Assembly (NCBI GenBank): GCA_963662585.1 | Contig: OY759729.1 | Location: forward strand, 3,200,001-3,264,000 | DNA: 64,000 nucleotides | Source: Candidatus Cloacimonadales bacterium | GTDB taxonomy: Bacteria; Cloacimonadota; Cloacimonadia; Cloacimonadales; JAFGVF01 | Reading direction: 5' to 3' | Shown: one piece after another, positions 37,080 through 47,500 of the stretch | Layout of the letters: each line of letters opens with the position of its first letter | How positions within the stretch are numbered: position 1 is the stretch's first letter | Translations under genes and position numbers: made by a program | Notes under the pieces: generated by a model | Seen by the model: only the letters and a program-made list of their open reading frames with translations | What the model was told of the DNA's origin: nothing | Databases searched by the model: none

Positions 37080-38146
37080 AGTTTATAATCTCAGCAGGCG
37101 GAACTGGCGGACATATTATGCCAGCCATTAGTATTGCAGAAGAGTTGAAAAAACGAGGACATGAAATTCTTTTCATCGGTAACCAAAACAGTATGGAAGA
37201 ACAAATAGTAAAAAAAAAAGGAATTGAATTTGAAGCCATTAATGTTCAAAAGCTATATAGGAAAATCACTCTTAAACATATTCTCTTTCCCTTTAAACTA
37301 TTTAATAGCATCTCTAAAGTTAAGAAGATATATAAAAGATTTAAACCTAATGCCTATATAGGTTGCGGTGGATTTGTTAGTGGCCCTTCAGGATTCGTAG
37401 CTCGAGGAAAAAAAGTTCCTTACTATCTTCAAGAACAAAACAGTTATCCTGGATTAACTACTCGTGCTTTAGAGGCAAGTGCTAAGAAAATATTCATCGG
37501 ACAAAAGGATGCTAAGAATTACTTAAAAAACAATAACATAATTTATAGTGGTAATCCCTTAAATAAGAACTTAGTAAATTCCACAAAAATAGCAGATATG
37601 TCTGAATACAGTTTTGATCAAGGGAAAAAGACTATTTTCCTAATCGGTGGTAGTCAAGGTTCTCAGTTTTTAAATAATATTCTTAATAAATCACTAGATA
37701 AAATATTAGAAAAGTATAATGTGATTTGGCAACTTGGAGTGAATAATGTAGCTGAATTTACTGAAATTCATAAAGGGAAGAAAGGGCTTTTTATGTTTGG
37801 TTTCTCTTATGAAATTGATGCCCTTTATAACATCGCCGATATTGCTATATGCAGGTCAGGAGCGATAACTATTGCCGAATTAGAAGCAAAAAAAATACCT
37901 GCAATTTTAATCCCTCTACCTACGGCAGCTGAAAATCACCAGTACAAAAATGCTCTGGAACAATCAGCTAAAAATATTGCTATTATTTTAGAACAAAATA
38001 ATCTTGACGATAAAACTCTTCTTACAGAAATAGACAAGTTGAGAGATAAATTCAATTATTATAAAAATAATTTCGGACAATGTGTCCATACTAATGCGGT
38101 TGATACAATCGTAAATTCTATTTTAGAATCACTTAATGAGGAATAA
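37076..38146 (+). CDS. murG: MurG glycosyltransferase
   Basis: GGTGGHI, EQNSYPG, GGSQG, RSGA and HQYKNA. Confidence 0.95.
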   Translation: MKFIISAGGTGGHIMPAISIAEELKKRGHEILFIGNQNSMEEQIVKKKGIEFEAINVQKLYRKITLKHILFPFKLFNSISKVKKIYKRFKPNAYIGCGGFVSGPSGFVARGKKVPYYLQEQNSYPGLTTRALEASAKKIFIGQKDAKNYLKNNNIIYSGNPLNKNLVNSTKIADMSEYSFDQGKKTIFLIGGSQGSQFLNNILNKSLDKILEKYNVIWQLGVNNVAEFTEIHKGKKGLFMFGFSYEIDALYNIADIAICRSGAITIAELEAKKIPAILIPLPTAAENHQYKNALEQSAKNIAIILEQNNLDDKTLLTEIDKLRDKFNYYKNNFGQCVHTNAVDTIVNSILESLNEE

Positions 38147-38147
38147 A

Positions 38148-39521
38148 ATGCTTGGTAGAACAAAAAGAATACATTTTGTAGGAATTGGTGGAATAGGGAT
38201 GAGCAGTATTGCAGAACTCTTGCATAATCAAGGCTTGACTATTTCCGGTTCTGATATGAAGAAGAGTGAAGTAACCCATCATTTAGAAGAGATTGGAATA
38301 CCTATTGTTGAGGGACATGCTCCTGAAAATATTGGTGAGGTTGATGTTGTAGTAAGATCTTCAGCTGTCAAAGATGATAATCTAGAGATAATTACTGCAA
38401 AGAAACTTCGCATTCCAGTTATTAGAAGAGCTGAGATGCTTGCCGAAATTACTAGAATGAGTTTTAGTATCGGAATTGCTGGTACTCACGGTAAAACAAC
38501 GACAACCTCTATGGTTGGTATAATGTTGGAGAAGGCCAAGTTAGACCCAACAATTATAGTTGGTGGTATGGTTAAAAACTTTGGTTCTAATAATCTTATG
38601 GGTTCTGGAAAATACATTGTCGTAGAAGCTGATGAGTATGATCATTCATTTCTTACTTTAACCCCAATCATTGCAGGAATTACCAATATCGATGCTGATC
38701 ATTTAGATTGTTATAGTAACTTAGATGATATTAAATCTGCTTTTCTTACTTATGCTGAAAAAGTACCCTTCTTTGGCTCAGTAATAGCCTGTTTAGATGA
38801 CAAGGGTGTTCAGGCAGTACTTCCTAAAATAACAAAAAATATTGTAACTTATGGTTTTTCCAAGCAAGCAGATGTTCGAGCTGAAAACATAGAAATGATA
38901 GATTTTACTAGCTCTTATGATTTAATCTATAAGAATTATAAAATGGGAAACATAAAACTCCAAGTAACAGGTAAACATAATATTTTAAATTCACTATTAG
39001 CTTGTTCAGTTGGATTAGAGTTAGATATTCCTTTCACTGCGATTCAAGAAGGATTATACGAATACAAAGGTGTTTATCGTAGATTCGAGAACAAAGGTAC
39101 TTATAAAGGGATATCGATATTTGATGATTATGCTCACCATCCAACAGAGATAATGGCTACTTTAGATGGCTTTAGAGATAGTACCAATAGAAGAATTGTT
39201 GTTCTATTTCAACCTCATCTATATTCACGCACTAGAGATTTTGCCAAAGAATTTGGTAGAGCTTTCTTCTCTTGCGATAAACTGTATATAGCTCCAATCT
39301 ACCCAGCTCGCGAGCTTCCAATTCCAGGCGTTACAGGAGAATTAATTGTCGATGAGGCAATTCATTCTGGACACAAAAATGTCACATATATTGATAAAGA
39401 AGATGAGATTGTTGATAAAGTACTTCAAGAGTTAGAAGAAGGTGATATCTTTATAACAATGGGTGCGGGAAGAGTCTTTAAATTTGGAGAACAGGTAATA
39501 GATAGTTTAAGTGGAGAATAG
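38148..39521 (+). CDS. murC: UDP-MurNAc:L-Ala ligase
   Basis: IHFVGIGGIGMS, AGTHGKTTT, EADEYD, DDYAHHPTE and FQPHLYSRT. Confidence 0.95.
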   Translation: MLGRTKRIHFVGIGGIGMSSIAELLHNQGLTISGSDMKKSEVTHHLEEIGIPIVEGHAPENIGEVDVVVRSSAVKDDNLEIITAKKLRIPVIRRAEMLAEITRMSFSIGIAGTHGKTTTTSMVGIMLEKAKLDPTIIVGGMVKNFGSNNLMGSGKYIVVEADEYDHSFLTLTPIIAGITNIDADHLDCYSNLDDIKSAFLTYAEKVPFFGSVIACLDDKGVQAVLPKITKNIVTYGFSKQADVRAENIEMIDFTSSYDLIYKNYKMGNIKLQVTGKHNILNSLLACSVGLELDIPFTAIQEGLYEYKGVYRRFENKGTYKGISIFDDYAHHPTEIMATLDGFRDSTNRRIVVLFQPHLYSRTRDFAKEFGRAFFSCDKLYIAPIYPARELPIPGVTGELIVDEAIHSGHKNVTYIDKEDEIVDKVLQELEEGDIFITMGAGRVFKFGEQVIDSLSGE

Positions 39522-39526
39522 TCTGA

Positions 39527-40294
39527 ATGAATAATACTTCAAAGGGAGTCCTGATAAGAGGTTCCAGAAGATATTTTGTTTATTTCTTTTTTTCTATTGT
39601 TTTAATTGTTTTAACAGGATTAGGGACTTTTGAAATTATCAAGAGAACAGATCTTTTAAAGTTAGAAAAAGTAACAGTTATTGGTGATTCAGAAGAATTG
39701 AATTTTCATATTGAGCAAGATTTAAGTAGATATTTTGGAATTAATTTGTATAAACTAAATCTTGAAGATATCTCCGATACATTAATGATTGATTATCCAA
39801 TTATTAATGATCTGAAAATTAATCGAAGAATACTTAATAGACTTAAAGTAAGATATTTAATGGAGAACCCTTTTACCATAATCAATTTTACTGATGGAAA
39901 GAATTATTATGCTAGCAGAGAATTGAAGTTATTAGAAAGAGTCAATTATGGATATCTTCAAGAATCTTTACCTGTAATAACAGCCAAGTTAAATTCTAAA
40001 GATTATGTCATAGGAACTGTTATTCAAGATAGCACTACTAAAGTAATGGCAGATTATTTATCGCAGGTATTAGATGTTAGACCTGATTTTCAGGATAAGA
40101 TATCAGATGTTTTTATTAAGAATAATAAGGTTTATTTTAGAGAAATATTTCGAGGCAATATAGTATATTTCGGCTACGATAATATAAATGAAAAGATTGA
40201 TCTGTTTATGAGTTATTTCAGCTCATTTTCCTCAGGTCTATATATTGATGTAAGCTATAAGAATCAAATAGTAACAAGCAAAGCAGATTTTTAA
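39527..40294 (+). CDS. ftsQ: FtsQ/DivIB
   Basis: N-terminal TM, POTRA-like region and C-terminal YIDVSYKNQIV; directly precedes ftsA. Confidence 0.7.
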   Translation: MNNTSKGVLIRGSRRYFVYFFFSIVLIVLTGLGTFEIIKRTDLLKLEKVTVIGDSEELNFHIEQDLSRYFGINLYKLNLEDISDTLMIDYPIINDLKINRRILNRLKVRYLMENPFTIINFTDGKNYYASRELKLLERVNYGYLQESLPVITAKLNSKDYVIGTVIQDSTTKVMADYLSQVLDVRPDFQDKISDVFIKNNKVYFREIFRGNIVYFGYDNINEKIDLFMSYFSSFSSGLYIDVSYKNQIVTSKADF

Positions 40295-40304
40295 TGGAGT
40301 TAGA

Positions 40305-41555
40305 ATGGGAAGTAATTTAGTAACAGTAGTTGACTTAGGGTCTTCAAAAATATTAGCTATCACAGCTGAAATCTTTGGAGACAAGACCATTGAAGTCAAA
40401 GGTGTTGGAGAAGCACCAGCAACAGGGATTCAGAAAGGAAAAGTAATTGATATAAAAGACCTTTCAGAATCAATTAAGAAGGCTTTAAACAAGCTAAAAG
40501 AGAATTCAGACTTAGATATATATTCTCTATTTGTGAGTGTATCAGGTGATTTTATTAAATATATGAATGCTGTTGGTAAGGTAACCTTATCTTCGGAAGG
40601 AAAGGCGACAGAGATAAAACAAGAACATATCAACTTAGTATTAGAAGATGCTAAGGAGAGTGTTTTAAAGCAGTCAGGTTTAGAGAATTACGAAATAATT
40701 CACACTATCCCTAAGTATTTTTTAATTGATAATAATTCCGAACATTATAAGCTTCCCTTAATGTTTTCCGGAACAAAGTTATCTGGTGAAATAATCACGA
40801 TTATGGCAGAAAGAACTGTCCTACAGAATTTAAGTAAATGCTTTGAAATTAATGCTTATAAAATTGATTCTTTTGTTTTATCAGGATATGCCTCAGCTCT
40901 CGGAGTTCTTACTGAGCAGGAGAGAGATCTAGGCTGTATTTTGATTGATATTGGTTCTGGTGTTTCTGATGCTATGATCTTTAGTAAGAAATATATTCAA
41001 GCTATAGCAGTTAATTTAGTAGGTAGTGAAGATATTACCAAGGATATTTACACAGTACTGAGAACTTTACCTAAGACTGCTAATGATTTAAAAATTGGGC
41101 TTTCTCAGTTAGATTATAATAAGTATGATTTTACCAAAGAAATTGAATATAGAACTTTTGATAGAAATATTACAAAGAAAGTACAGTTACAAGTCGTGAA
41201 AGAGATTATTGAAAGAAGAATTCAGGATTCTTTAGAGATTTGTTATAAGGATTTAATTAAGAGTTACAAGCCTGATATGATTTCTGCTGGTTTAGTTTTA
41301 ACTGGTGGAGCCTGTAACTTAGATATTTATATAGATATTGCAAGAGAGACATTCAATCTTCCTGTAAAAATTGCACTTCCAATAATGGATGGAATTTCAG
41401 GTAAGAGTGGAACTCTAAATACTTTAGAAGCTGTGTCGGCTATTGGGATGCTAAGATATTGTGCTTTAAATCATATTGAATCAAAAACAATATTTCCCAA
41501 GAAAATTAATATTAAAAATGTAATTAGTGAAATTAAGAAATTCTTTTCTGAATAA
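40305..41555 (+). CDS. ftsA: Cell division protein FtsA
   Basis: VDLGSSK, IDIGSG and GLVLTGG. Confidence 0.9.
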   Translation: MGSNLVTVVDLGSSKILAITAEIFGDKTIEVKGVGEAPATGIQKGKVIDIKDLSESIKKALNKLKENSDLDIYSLFVSVSGDFIKYMNAVGKVTLSSEGKATEIKQEHINLVLEDAKESVLKQSGLENYEIIHTIPKYFLIDNNSEHYKLPLMFSGTKLSGEIITIMAERTVLQNLSKCFEINAYKIDSFVLSGYASALGVLTEQERDLGCILIDIGSGVSDAMIFSKKYIQAIAVNLVGSEDITKDIYTVLRTLPKTANDLKIGLSQLDYNKYDFTKEIEYRTFDRNITKKVQLQVVKEIIERRIQDSLEICYKDLIKSYKPDMISAGLVLTGGACNLDIYIDIARETFNLPVKIALPIMDGISGKSGTLNTLEAVSAIGMLRYCALNHIESKTIFPKKINIKNVISEIKKFFSE

Positions 41556-41567
41556 AGAGGAGTAGAG

Positions 41568-42749
41568 ATGTTTGAAATAAATGAAGCTTCAGATTTTGTG
41601 TTAACCCAAATTAAAATAGTTGGTGTTGGTGGTGCGGGTGGAAATGCTATCAATACAATGATTAATAATAAATTAAATAATGTTGAGTTTATTGCTATTA
41701 ACAGTGATGTTCAGGACTTAAAAAAATCTTTAGCTCCTAATCTCATTCAAATTGGTCCTAAAGCTACAAACGGTAGAGGAGCAGGTGCTCTTCCTGAGAT
41801 GGGAGAAAAGGCAGCTGAGGAGTCTTATGAAGAGATTAAAAAAGCTCTAGTGGGTGCAGATTTAATCTTTTTAGTTGGTGGTATGGGAGGAGGAACAGGA
41901 ACAGGTGCACTTCCTGTTGTGGCTAAAGCAGCTAGAGAGATGAATATTCTAACTATGGCCGTAGTTACAAAACCATTCCCTTATGAAGGCAAGGTTAGGA
42001 CCGATAATGCGGAATTGGGATTAAAGAATCTGAAAGGTTTTGTGGATACACTGTTAGTAATTCCTAATAATAAAATTTTAGAAAACTTCCCTGATATTGG
42101 TGTTGTTGAAGGATTTAGAGAATCAGATATGATTATCTATAATGGCGTAAAGTCACTTTCAGATATAATTACCAAGACTGGCTATATCAATGTAGAATTC
42201 TCTGATATCAAAACAATTATGAGAAACATGGGTTATGCTCTCATAGGTTCTGGAGAAGCTGAAGGTGAAGACAGAGCTATTATTGCAGCACAGAAAGCCA
42301 TTACTAATCCTCTTTTAGGTGATATTTCTATTTCGGGCTGTAAAGCTTTATTGGTTAATATCTTTGCTGGAACAGATATGAAAATGAATGAACTAGAAAA
42401 TGCTTGCAATGCAATTACAAGTCAGACAGGAAATAATATTATTTGCATCAATGGTTTATTCTGTGACCCTGAATATGATGGAAAAATCAGAGTAACCGTT
42501 TTGGCTACTGGTTTAGAAATGGATAATGAAAAGATGGAATCTTTCTCTCCTATAAGTAAAGCTTCAAAAGCAAAAGAGTATCCAGAAATGGATAATTATG
42601 GTATGGCAAAGAATATTAGAGGACTTGGTTCTCTTCATGATAATTTTGACAGAGATGATGATTTACAAGATCCTGAAGAGAAAACAGAGACCAAAAGAGA
42701 AAAACCAATTGAGTCTGAATTGCCTCCATTTTTAAATTTATTAGATTAA
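41568..42749 (+). CDS. ftsZ: Cell division protein FtsZ
   Basis: GVGGAGGNA, GMGGGTGTG and C-terminal ELPPFL. Confidence 0.97.
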   Translation: MFEINEASDFVLTQIKIVGVGGAGGNAINTMINNKLNNVEFIAINSDVQDLKKSLAPNLIQIGPKATNGRGAGALPEMGEKAAEESYEEIKKALVGADLIFLVGGMGGGTGTGALPVVAKAAREMNILTMAVVTKPFPYEGKVRTDNAELGLKNLKGFVDTLLVIPNNKILENFPDIGVVEGFRESDMIIYNGVKSLSDIITKTGYINVEFSDIKTIMRNMGYALIGSGEAEGEDRAIIAAQKAITNPLLGDISISGCKALLVNIFAGTDMKMNELENACNAITSQTGNNIICINGLFCDPEYDGKIRVTVLATGLEMDNEKMESFSPISKASKAKEYPEMDNYGMAKNIRGLGSLHDNFDRDDDLQDPEEKTETKREKPIESELPPFLNLLD

Positions 42750-42750
42750 T

Positions 42751-43866
42751 ATGAAGAAGATATTTTGGTTAGTTGGGGAGATGTCCGGTGATCTGCATGC
42801 TTCCTTTGTGCTTGATAAATTAAATAAATCAGGCAACTACTCACATTATGGTGTTGGTGGTGAAAAGATGCAAAAGGCAGGTTTTCAAAACCTATTTGAA
42901 TTTAAGAGATTCAATGTTATGGGTTTTGCTGAAGTTATCAAGCATTTGTATTTCTTTATGAGAGTAGAAAAGCAGATAAAAGAGATATTAACTAATAACA
43001 GACCTGATTTGGTGGTTTTAGTTGATTATCCCGGACTAAACCTCAGAATCGCCAAAATAGCTAAAGAATTAGGTATAAAAGTTCTCTATTATATTTGTCC
43101 TCAATTTTGGGCTTGGAAACATAAAAGAATATTTAAAATTAAAGAATATACAGATTTTGTCTGTTGTATTAATCCTTTTGAATCTCCTTTATTGGATGAA
43201 TATGATGTTTCTAATCAATTTGTTGGTCATCCTGTAGCAGAAGAAATATCAGCGGAGATGAGTAAAGAGGACTTTGCTAAAAAATATAATTTAGATATTA
43301 ATAAAGAGTGGATTGGCTTATTTCCTGGGAGTAGAAAAGCAGAGTTTCAAAGACATATAGATGTTTTTAGATCTCTAGTGTTACTTGATTCTAAGAGAGA
43401 GTATTTACTTTCCATTGCAGATGACGCATTTCTTGAAATTACTAACCTTCAAACACTTCCTGGCAATGTTAAATTAATCAAAGATCTTAACTATGACATA
43501 ATGAAACACAGTGATTTTGTTGTAGCTAAATCAGGTACAACAACTTTAGAAACAACTCTTTTTGCAACTCCTCTGGTTATTATTTATAAAGTACATCCTA
43601 TTACTTTGAAGATTGCCCGAAAAATTACTAGAGTGAAATACTTAGGTTTGCCAAATTTAATTGCTAATAAATTAATAGTTAAAGAGTTAATTCAGGAAGA
43701 TGCAAATCCTAGTAGAATTCTGGAAGAGATAAACAATATTCTAGGGAATAAAGAAAAGAAAGAAGATTTTGTTAAAGTCTTAGACGGTATAAAACACCTC
43801 TTAGGTGATCAAAGTGCCTCCACAAATTGCGCGAATAAAATTATTGAGATGTTAGATAATGAATAA
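42751..43866 (+). CDS. lpxB: Lipid-A-disaccharide synthase
   Basis: GEMSGDLH, VDYPGLN, PQFWAW, VGHP, FPGSR and SGTTTLE. Confidence 0.92.
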   Translation: MKKIFWLVGEMSGDLHASFVLDKLNKSGNYSHYGVGGEKMQKAGFQNLFEFKRFNVMGFAEVIKHLYFFMRVEKQIKEILTNNRPDLVVLVDYPGLNLRIAKIAKELGIKVLYYICPQFWAWKHKRIFKIKEYTDFVCCINPFESPLLDEYDVSNQFVGHPVAEEISAEMSKEDFAKKYNLDINKEWIGLFPGSRKAEFQRHIDVFRSLVLLDSKREYLLSIADDAFLEITNLQTLPGNVKLIKDLNYDIMKHSDFVVAKSGTTTLETTLFATPLVIIYKVHPITLKIARKITRVKYLGLPNLIANKLIVKELIQEDANPSRILEEINNILGNKEKKEDFVKVLDGIKHLLGDQSASTNCANKIIEMLDNE

Positions 43867-44461
43867 ATTTTTATTAAAAGTTGAAAAGCACTTAGGCTCA
43901 TTTATCTTAAATCTATTAAATATAACCATAAGAAAAGAACGCTTAGGAGAATATCCAAGCGAACCTGCAGTATTCATGATGTGGCATAGAGATCAAATTC
44001 CCTTAGCCTTAGTAAATAAAAATAAGAATATTGGTGTTTTGATATCACAATCTAAAGATGGAGAACTAATCTCTGGACCTGTTTCAAAATTGGGTTATAT
44101 CCCTGTGAGAGGCTCTTCTACAAGAGGAGGAACTCAGGCTCTTAGAGGATTGTTATCACACCTTAAACATGATTGTGTCGCTATAACACCTGATGGGCCA
44201 CGAGGACCAATTTATACGATTAAAGATGGATTGCTTACAACTGCTTATCTTTCCAAAAGACCTATAATACCAGTTTCTATAGATGTGAGCAGGGAGTGGG
44301 TTTTCAATTCATGGGATAAATTTAGGTTCCCCAAACCCTTCTCCAAGATTAGGATTAAATTTGGTAAGAAGTTCTTTGTCGAGAATAAAGAGGATATTCC
44401 TGCCATTAAAGATGCTCTCAAAGAAGAAATAGATGCTATGTATAGGTCTATTAAATTTTAA
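43859..44461 (+). CDS. DUF374 lysophospholipid acyltransferase-family protein (LpxJ-like)
   Basis: WH, ISQSKDGE, VRGSSTRGG, ITPDGPRGP and SWDKFRFPKPF. Confidence 0.8.
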   Translation: MNKFLLKVEKHLGSFILNLLNITIRKERLGEYPSEPAVFMMWHRDQIPLALVNKNKNIGVLISQSKDGELISGPVSKLGYIPVRGSSTRGGTQALRGLLSHLKHDCVAITPDGPRGPIYTIKDGLLTTAYLSKRPIIPVSIDVSREWVFNSWDKFRFPKPFSKIRIKFGKKFFVENKEDIPAIKDALKEEIDAMYRSIKF

Positions 44462-44474
44462 TCTAGTCGGTAAT

Positions 44475-45923
44475 CTACTTAATAAACAGAAGCTTTTGCA
44501 TTATTTTTTCAGTCTTAGATTCATACTTCACCAGATAAATTCCACTCGCCATTCTTTGGCCATTAGTATCTCTTCCATCCCACACATATTTCTTCTGATT
44601 TGTATTTTCTAAGCTTCTAACAAATTGTCCTTTAAGATTATATATTTCAACTCGGGCAGAATTGCTTTTGGAAGATAGTGACTCTATGGTTACCTCTTTA
44701 CTAAAAGGACTGGGATAAATGCTTAAAGTTGGTATTGGCTCAATTTCAGTTTCTGAATTAGGAGTAAAGTTATAAAACAATTCAGAAGAGAAGTTTAGGG
44801 TAGATGAAGCTTGTAGGTTTATAAAATCTCTCATGTCATTATCATTTATCTCTTCATTGTCCCATTGGATTTTCATATTTTCCATAGAATCGTAGACTTC
44901 TCTTTCTCTATCACTGAAAGTTTGCAGAAGTGAAAAATTAGCCGAATTAACAAAGTGGGAAGTGTCTAAGAAATAGTCATTATCAGAATTCCAGAGAATA
45001 CTAACTAATTCTGGAGAGTTTTCGGAAAGGTTATTGATTGGCTCAAGAGTAGGCTTGACAGTAGGTAAAAGTGGTATTGCATAAGAAACAAAAGGGTTGC
45101 CCATAATTAACCACATAGTAGAAAGTCTTGGATCTTCACCCTCTTCCACACCTTCAATCACTACTGCAGAGATTGTACTTCTACGACAGATACTATAATC
45201 TGTGTAAAATATTGGGGTCTCATCTCCAAATTGCCAAGGTAATGGGAAGGGCTGAGATTGAGAATCCGACACATCTCTGATCTGTTTCATGAGAAGATTT
45301 GGTACTGTTAGTTCATTATTAGAGACTAGTCCTTCGATAATTTCAGTAGAACGAACAAGTCTTTCAATTCCTTCTGTTCCACCACCATTTACAGAATGAT
45401 TGGTTCTTAGCAGGTAATCATTAGGAGTATCATCAGTATCAAATACCCAATAATTGCTATTATTAACTTCATATAGCTTACTATTACCTTGGGCATCAAA
45501 AGCTACAAAATTACCTCGTAACTCTAAATCTATAGTACTTGTAGTAGTTAGATAATCCAGATAATCTTCAAAATCTTCTAAATCTTCGACTAATCCTAGA
45601 GCATTGTAGATTAGATTGCCATTATAAAACACGCCTGTATCAACAGTAAGATCATCTGACAATGAGTTTGCTATAGCAAATCCCATTTCATTTACTCCCA
45701 TCCAAACTCTTGCTTCTCCAGGAGTAGAAATTCCAACAAATTTATAAGTCATATTCTCAACGAAGCGTATAGTGTTGGTAGTAGAAGGAGATATATCTCT
45801 TGATTTCCATAATATAGGTTTATTAGACGCACTTATCTCATGAGAAGCAATTCCTATAGTGCAGGAAAATACTTCTATTATACTAAGCAGGAATATTATA
45901 ATTAAGGTGTATTTTTGTCTCAT
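44475..45923 (-). CDS. Secreted Ntn-hydrolase (C45/C69-like, N-terminal Cys) with FlgD/T9SS-like C-terminal domain
   Basis: Signal peptide ending VFS then CT, ILWKSRD, MGVNEMGFAIAN, LRTNH, and C-terminal YPSPF...IYNLKGQ...WDGRD...SGIYL. Confidence 0.75.
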   Translation of the reverse strand: MRQKYTLIIIFLLSIIEVFSCTIGIASHEISASNKPILWKSRDISPSTTNTIRFVENMTYKFVGISTPGEARVWMGVNEMGFAIANSLSDDLTVDTGVFYNGNLIYNALGLVEDLEDFEDYLDYLTTTSTIDLELRGNFVAFDAQGNSKLYEVNNSNYWVFDTDDTPNDYLLRTNHSVNGGGTEGIERLVRSTEIIEGLVSNNELTVPNLLMKQIRDVSDSQSQPFPLPWQFGDETPIFYTDYSICRRSTISAVVIEGVEEGEDPRLSTMWLIMGNPFVSYAIPLLPTVKPTLEPINNLSENSPELVSILWNSDNDYFLDTSHFVNSANFSLLQTFSDREREVYDSMENMKIQWDNEEINDNDMRDFINLQASSTLNFSSELFYNFTPNSETEIEPIPTLSIYPSPFSKEVTIESLSSKSNSARVEIYNLKGQFVRSLENTNQKKYVWDGRDTNGQRMASGIYLVKYESKTEKIMQKLLFIK

Positions 45924-46000
45924 ATAACTAATCTAAAGCAATTATTGAACCTAAGCAAGGAATATTTAAAAAAGATATTTTTTCCAAAGTGTTAAATTAT

Positions 46001-47338
46001 TTACTTAAAGAGATTTACTACTCCACTTAATCTCTTTAGCATTAATCTTTTCTTATCAACTCCCTTGATATCTTTGCCTAACTCTAATCCTGAGATTACG
46101 GTTTTACCAATTATATATCGACCTTCTTTCCCCCAGAAACTCTCAGTTCTTAGCCCCCAGATATTGTGTATAACGATAGGCTTGCCTGCTTCTTCACCAA
46201 GATAAAGCATTATGTGACCAGGGATTCTAACTAAGGTAGAAAAAGGAGTGCTATTCTCTATTATAAAATCATTATAGTCTTCTAAATCAATATCAGCAAC
46301 AGTGAGAAATTCGCCACCATGAGAAGCTTGGTGATTTCCGTTACGAGGTAAGATTAAGCCAAAAGGAGTAAAGATGTCTAAGGTCATTTGAGAACAGTCC
46401 CGATTAAAGTACATTCCACCCCAACCATAGTTTTGTTTCATCATCTTGCTGGCAAGTGAGGCAACATTGTTTTGGGTAAGGGGAATTGGCATTCTTTGAC
46501 CATTATTTAAGGGAATATTAATTACTATCAGCTCTGCAAAACCCCACTCATTCCTTTTCACAAATGTAGCTTTATAATTCACTTCATCTTTAAAGAGAAA
46601 AGAGAAGAAGGTCCCAATATCGGCACTAGCTAAATATTCTCCTGTTTTGGAATAGATTGGAGTTCTATCTTCAGTAACAACAACGCGATTAGCTTTTGAT
46701 AAAGATTCAATTATATCATTATTAATAAAAGCAATATTATCTTTTTCTACCCAGCCACTACAGAGGTGAGAACTAATCAATACCCAATTATCAATTTCGT
46801 GATAGATAAAGATTGGAGTTGCCATAGGTATTGTGGAGTTTTGCCAGTAATCGAAAGGATATCCCTCTCCAGCTCTATCAAAATCTAAAAAGTAAGGTTT
46901 ATTGGAAGGTAAAACTCGGATATGATCTTTGCGAAGCATAATTCCTTTTTTTAGTTTGTTGAAACCATTTGCCAAGTTAGTTCTAGACTGCATTAAATCA
47001 AAAAATGTTGAGTCTCGCTTTAGTTTATTCTCTCCGATACCAGGATATTCTTTCAAGGAGGCCACTTTTTTCTGATAATACTCTAATAGATTATTTGTTG
47101 CTAGGGTATCTGCTAAGAGTGAGTCGGACCAGCAATAAAAGTAGCGTTTCAGGGAAAGTGAATCAGTTTTAGCCTGAACTTCAGGAGAACACAGAAGAGA
47201 ATCAGCTCTTTCAGGATTAACAAAATCATAAGGGTTTTGAGAATAGTGAACAAGGTCATAGGGTAGCTTCTGGTTAGAAGAACAAGCTAAGGTGATTAGG
47301 AAGAGTACTGGAATTATTACTTTTAATATATTTTTCAT
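46001..47338 (-). CDS. Lipoprotein with SH3 domains and an NlpC/P60 peptidoglycan peptidase domain
   Basis: Lipobox TLAC, YGWGG...RDCS, GHIMLYLG and IHNIWG. ATG at 47338 follows SD GAGGT. Confidence 0.85.
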   Translation of the reverse strand: MKNILKVIIPVLFLITLACSSNQKLPYDLVHYSQNPYDFVNPERADSLLCSPEVQAKTDSLSLKRYFYCWSDSLLADTLATNNLLEYYQKKVASLKEYPGIGENKLKRDSTFFDLMQSRTNLANGFNKLKKGIMLRKDHIRVLPSNKPYFLDFDRAGEGYPFDYWQNSTIPMATPIFIYHEIDNWVLISSHLCSGWVEKDNIAFINNDIIESLSKANRVVVTEDRTPIYSKTGEYLASADIGTFFSFLFKDEVNYKATFVKRNEWGFAELIVINIPLNNGQRMPIPLTQNNVASLASKMMKQNYGWGGMYFNRDCSQMTLDIFTPFGLILPRNGNHQASHGGEFLTVADIDLEDYNDFIIENSTPFSTLVRIPGHIMLYLGEEAGKPIVIHNIWGLRTESFWGKEGRYIIGKTVISGLELGKDIKGVDKKRLMLKRLSGVVNLFK

Positions 47339-47363
47339 ATTATACCTCATAGATTTAATTTAA

Positions 47364-47472
47364 AAAATAGTAATGTAGATAAGATATGTCAATAAGAATT
47401 TTTAATTATTTTAGAAATATCAAGTCTTAGTTAAATAATTCTTGCCTCACACTCCTAGTCGGATAAAATTGT
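47364..47472. promoter_or_regulatory. Divergent promoters for the NlpC/P60 gene and trmFO
   Basis: Minus strand TTGACA-17-TATTTT (47392 to 47364). Plus strand TTGCCT-16-TAAAAT-TG (47442-47471). Confidence 0.55.
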
Positions 47473-47500
47473 CTAAAATATCTTAAGGTGTAAATATTAA

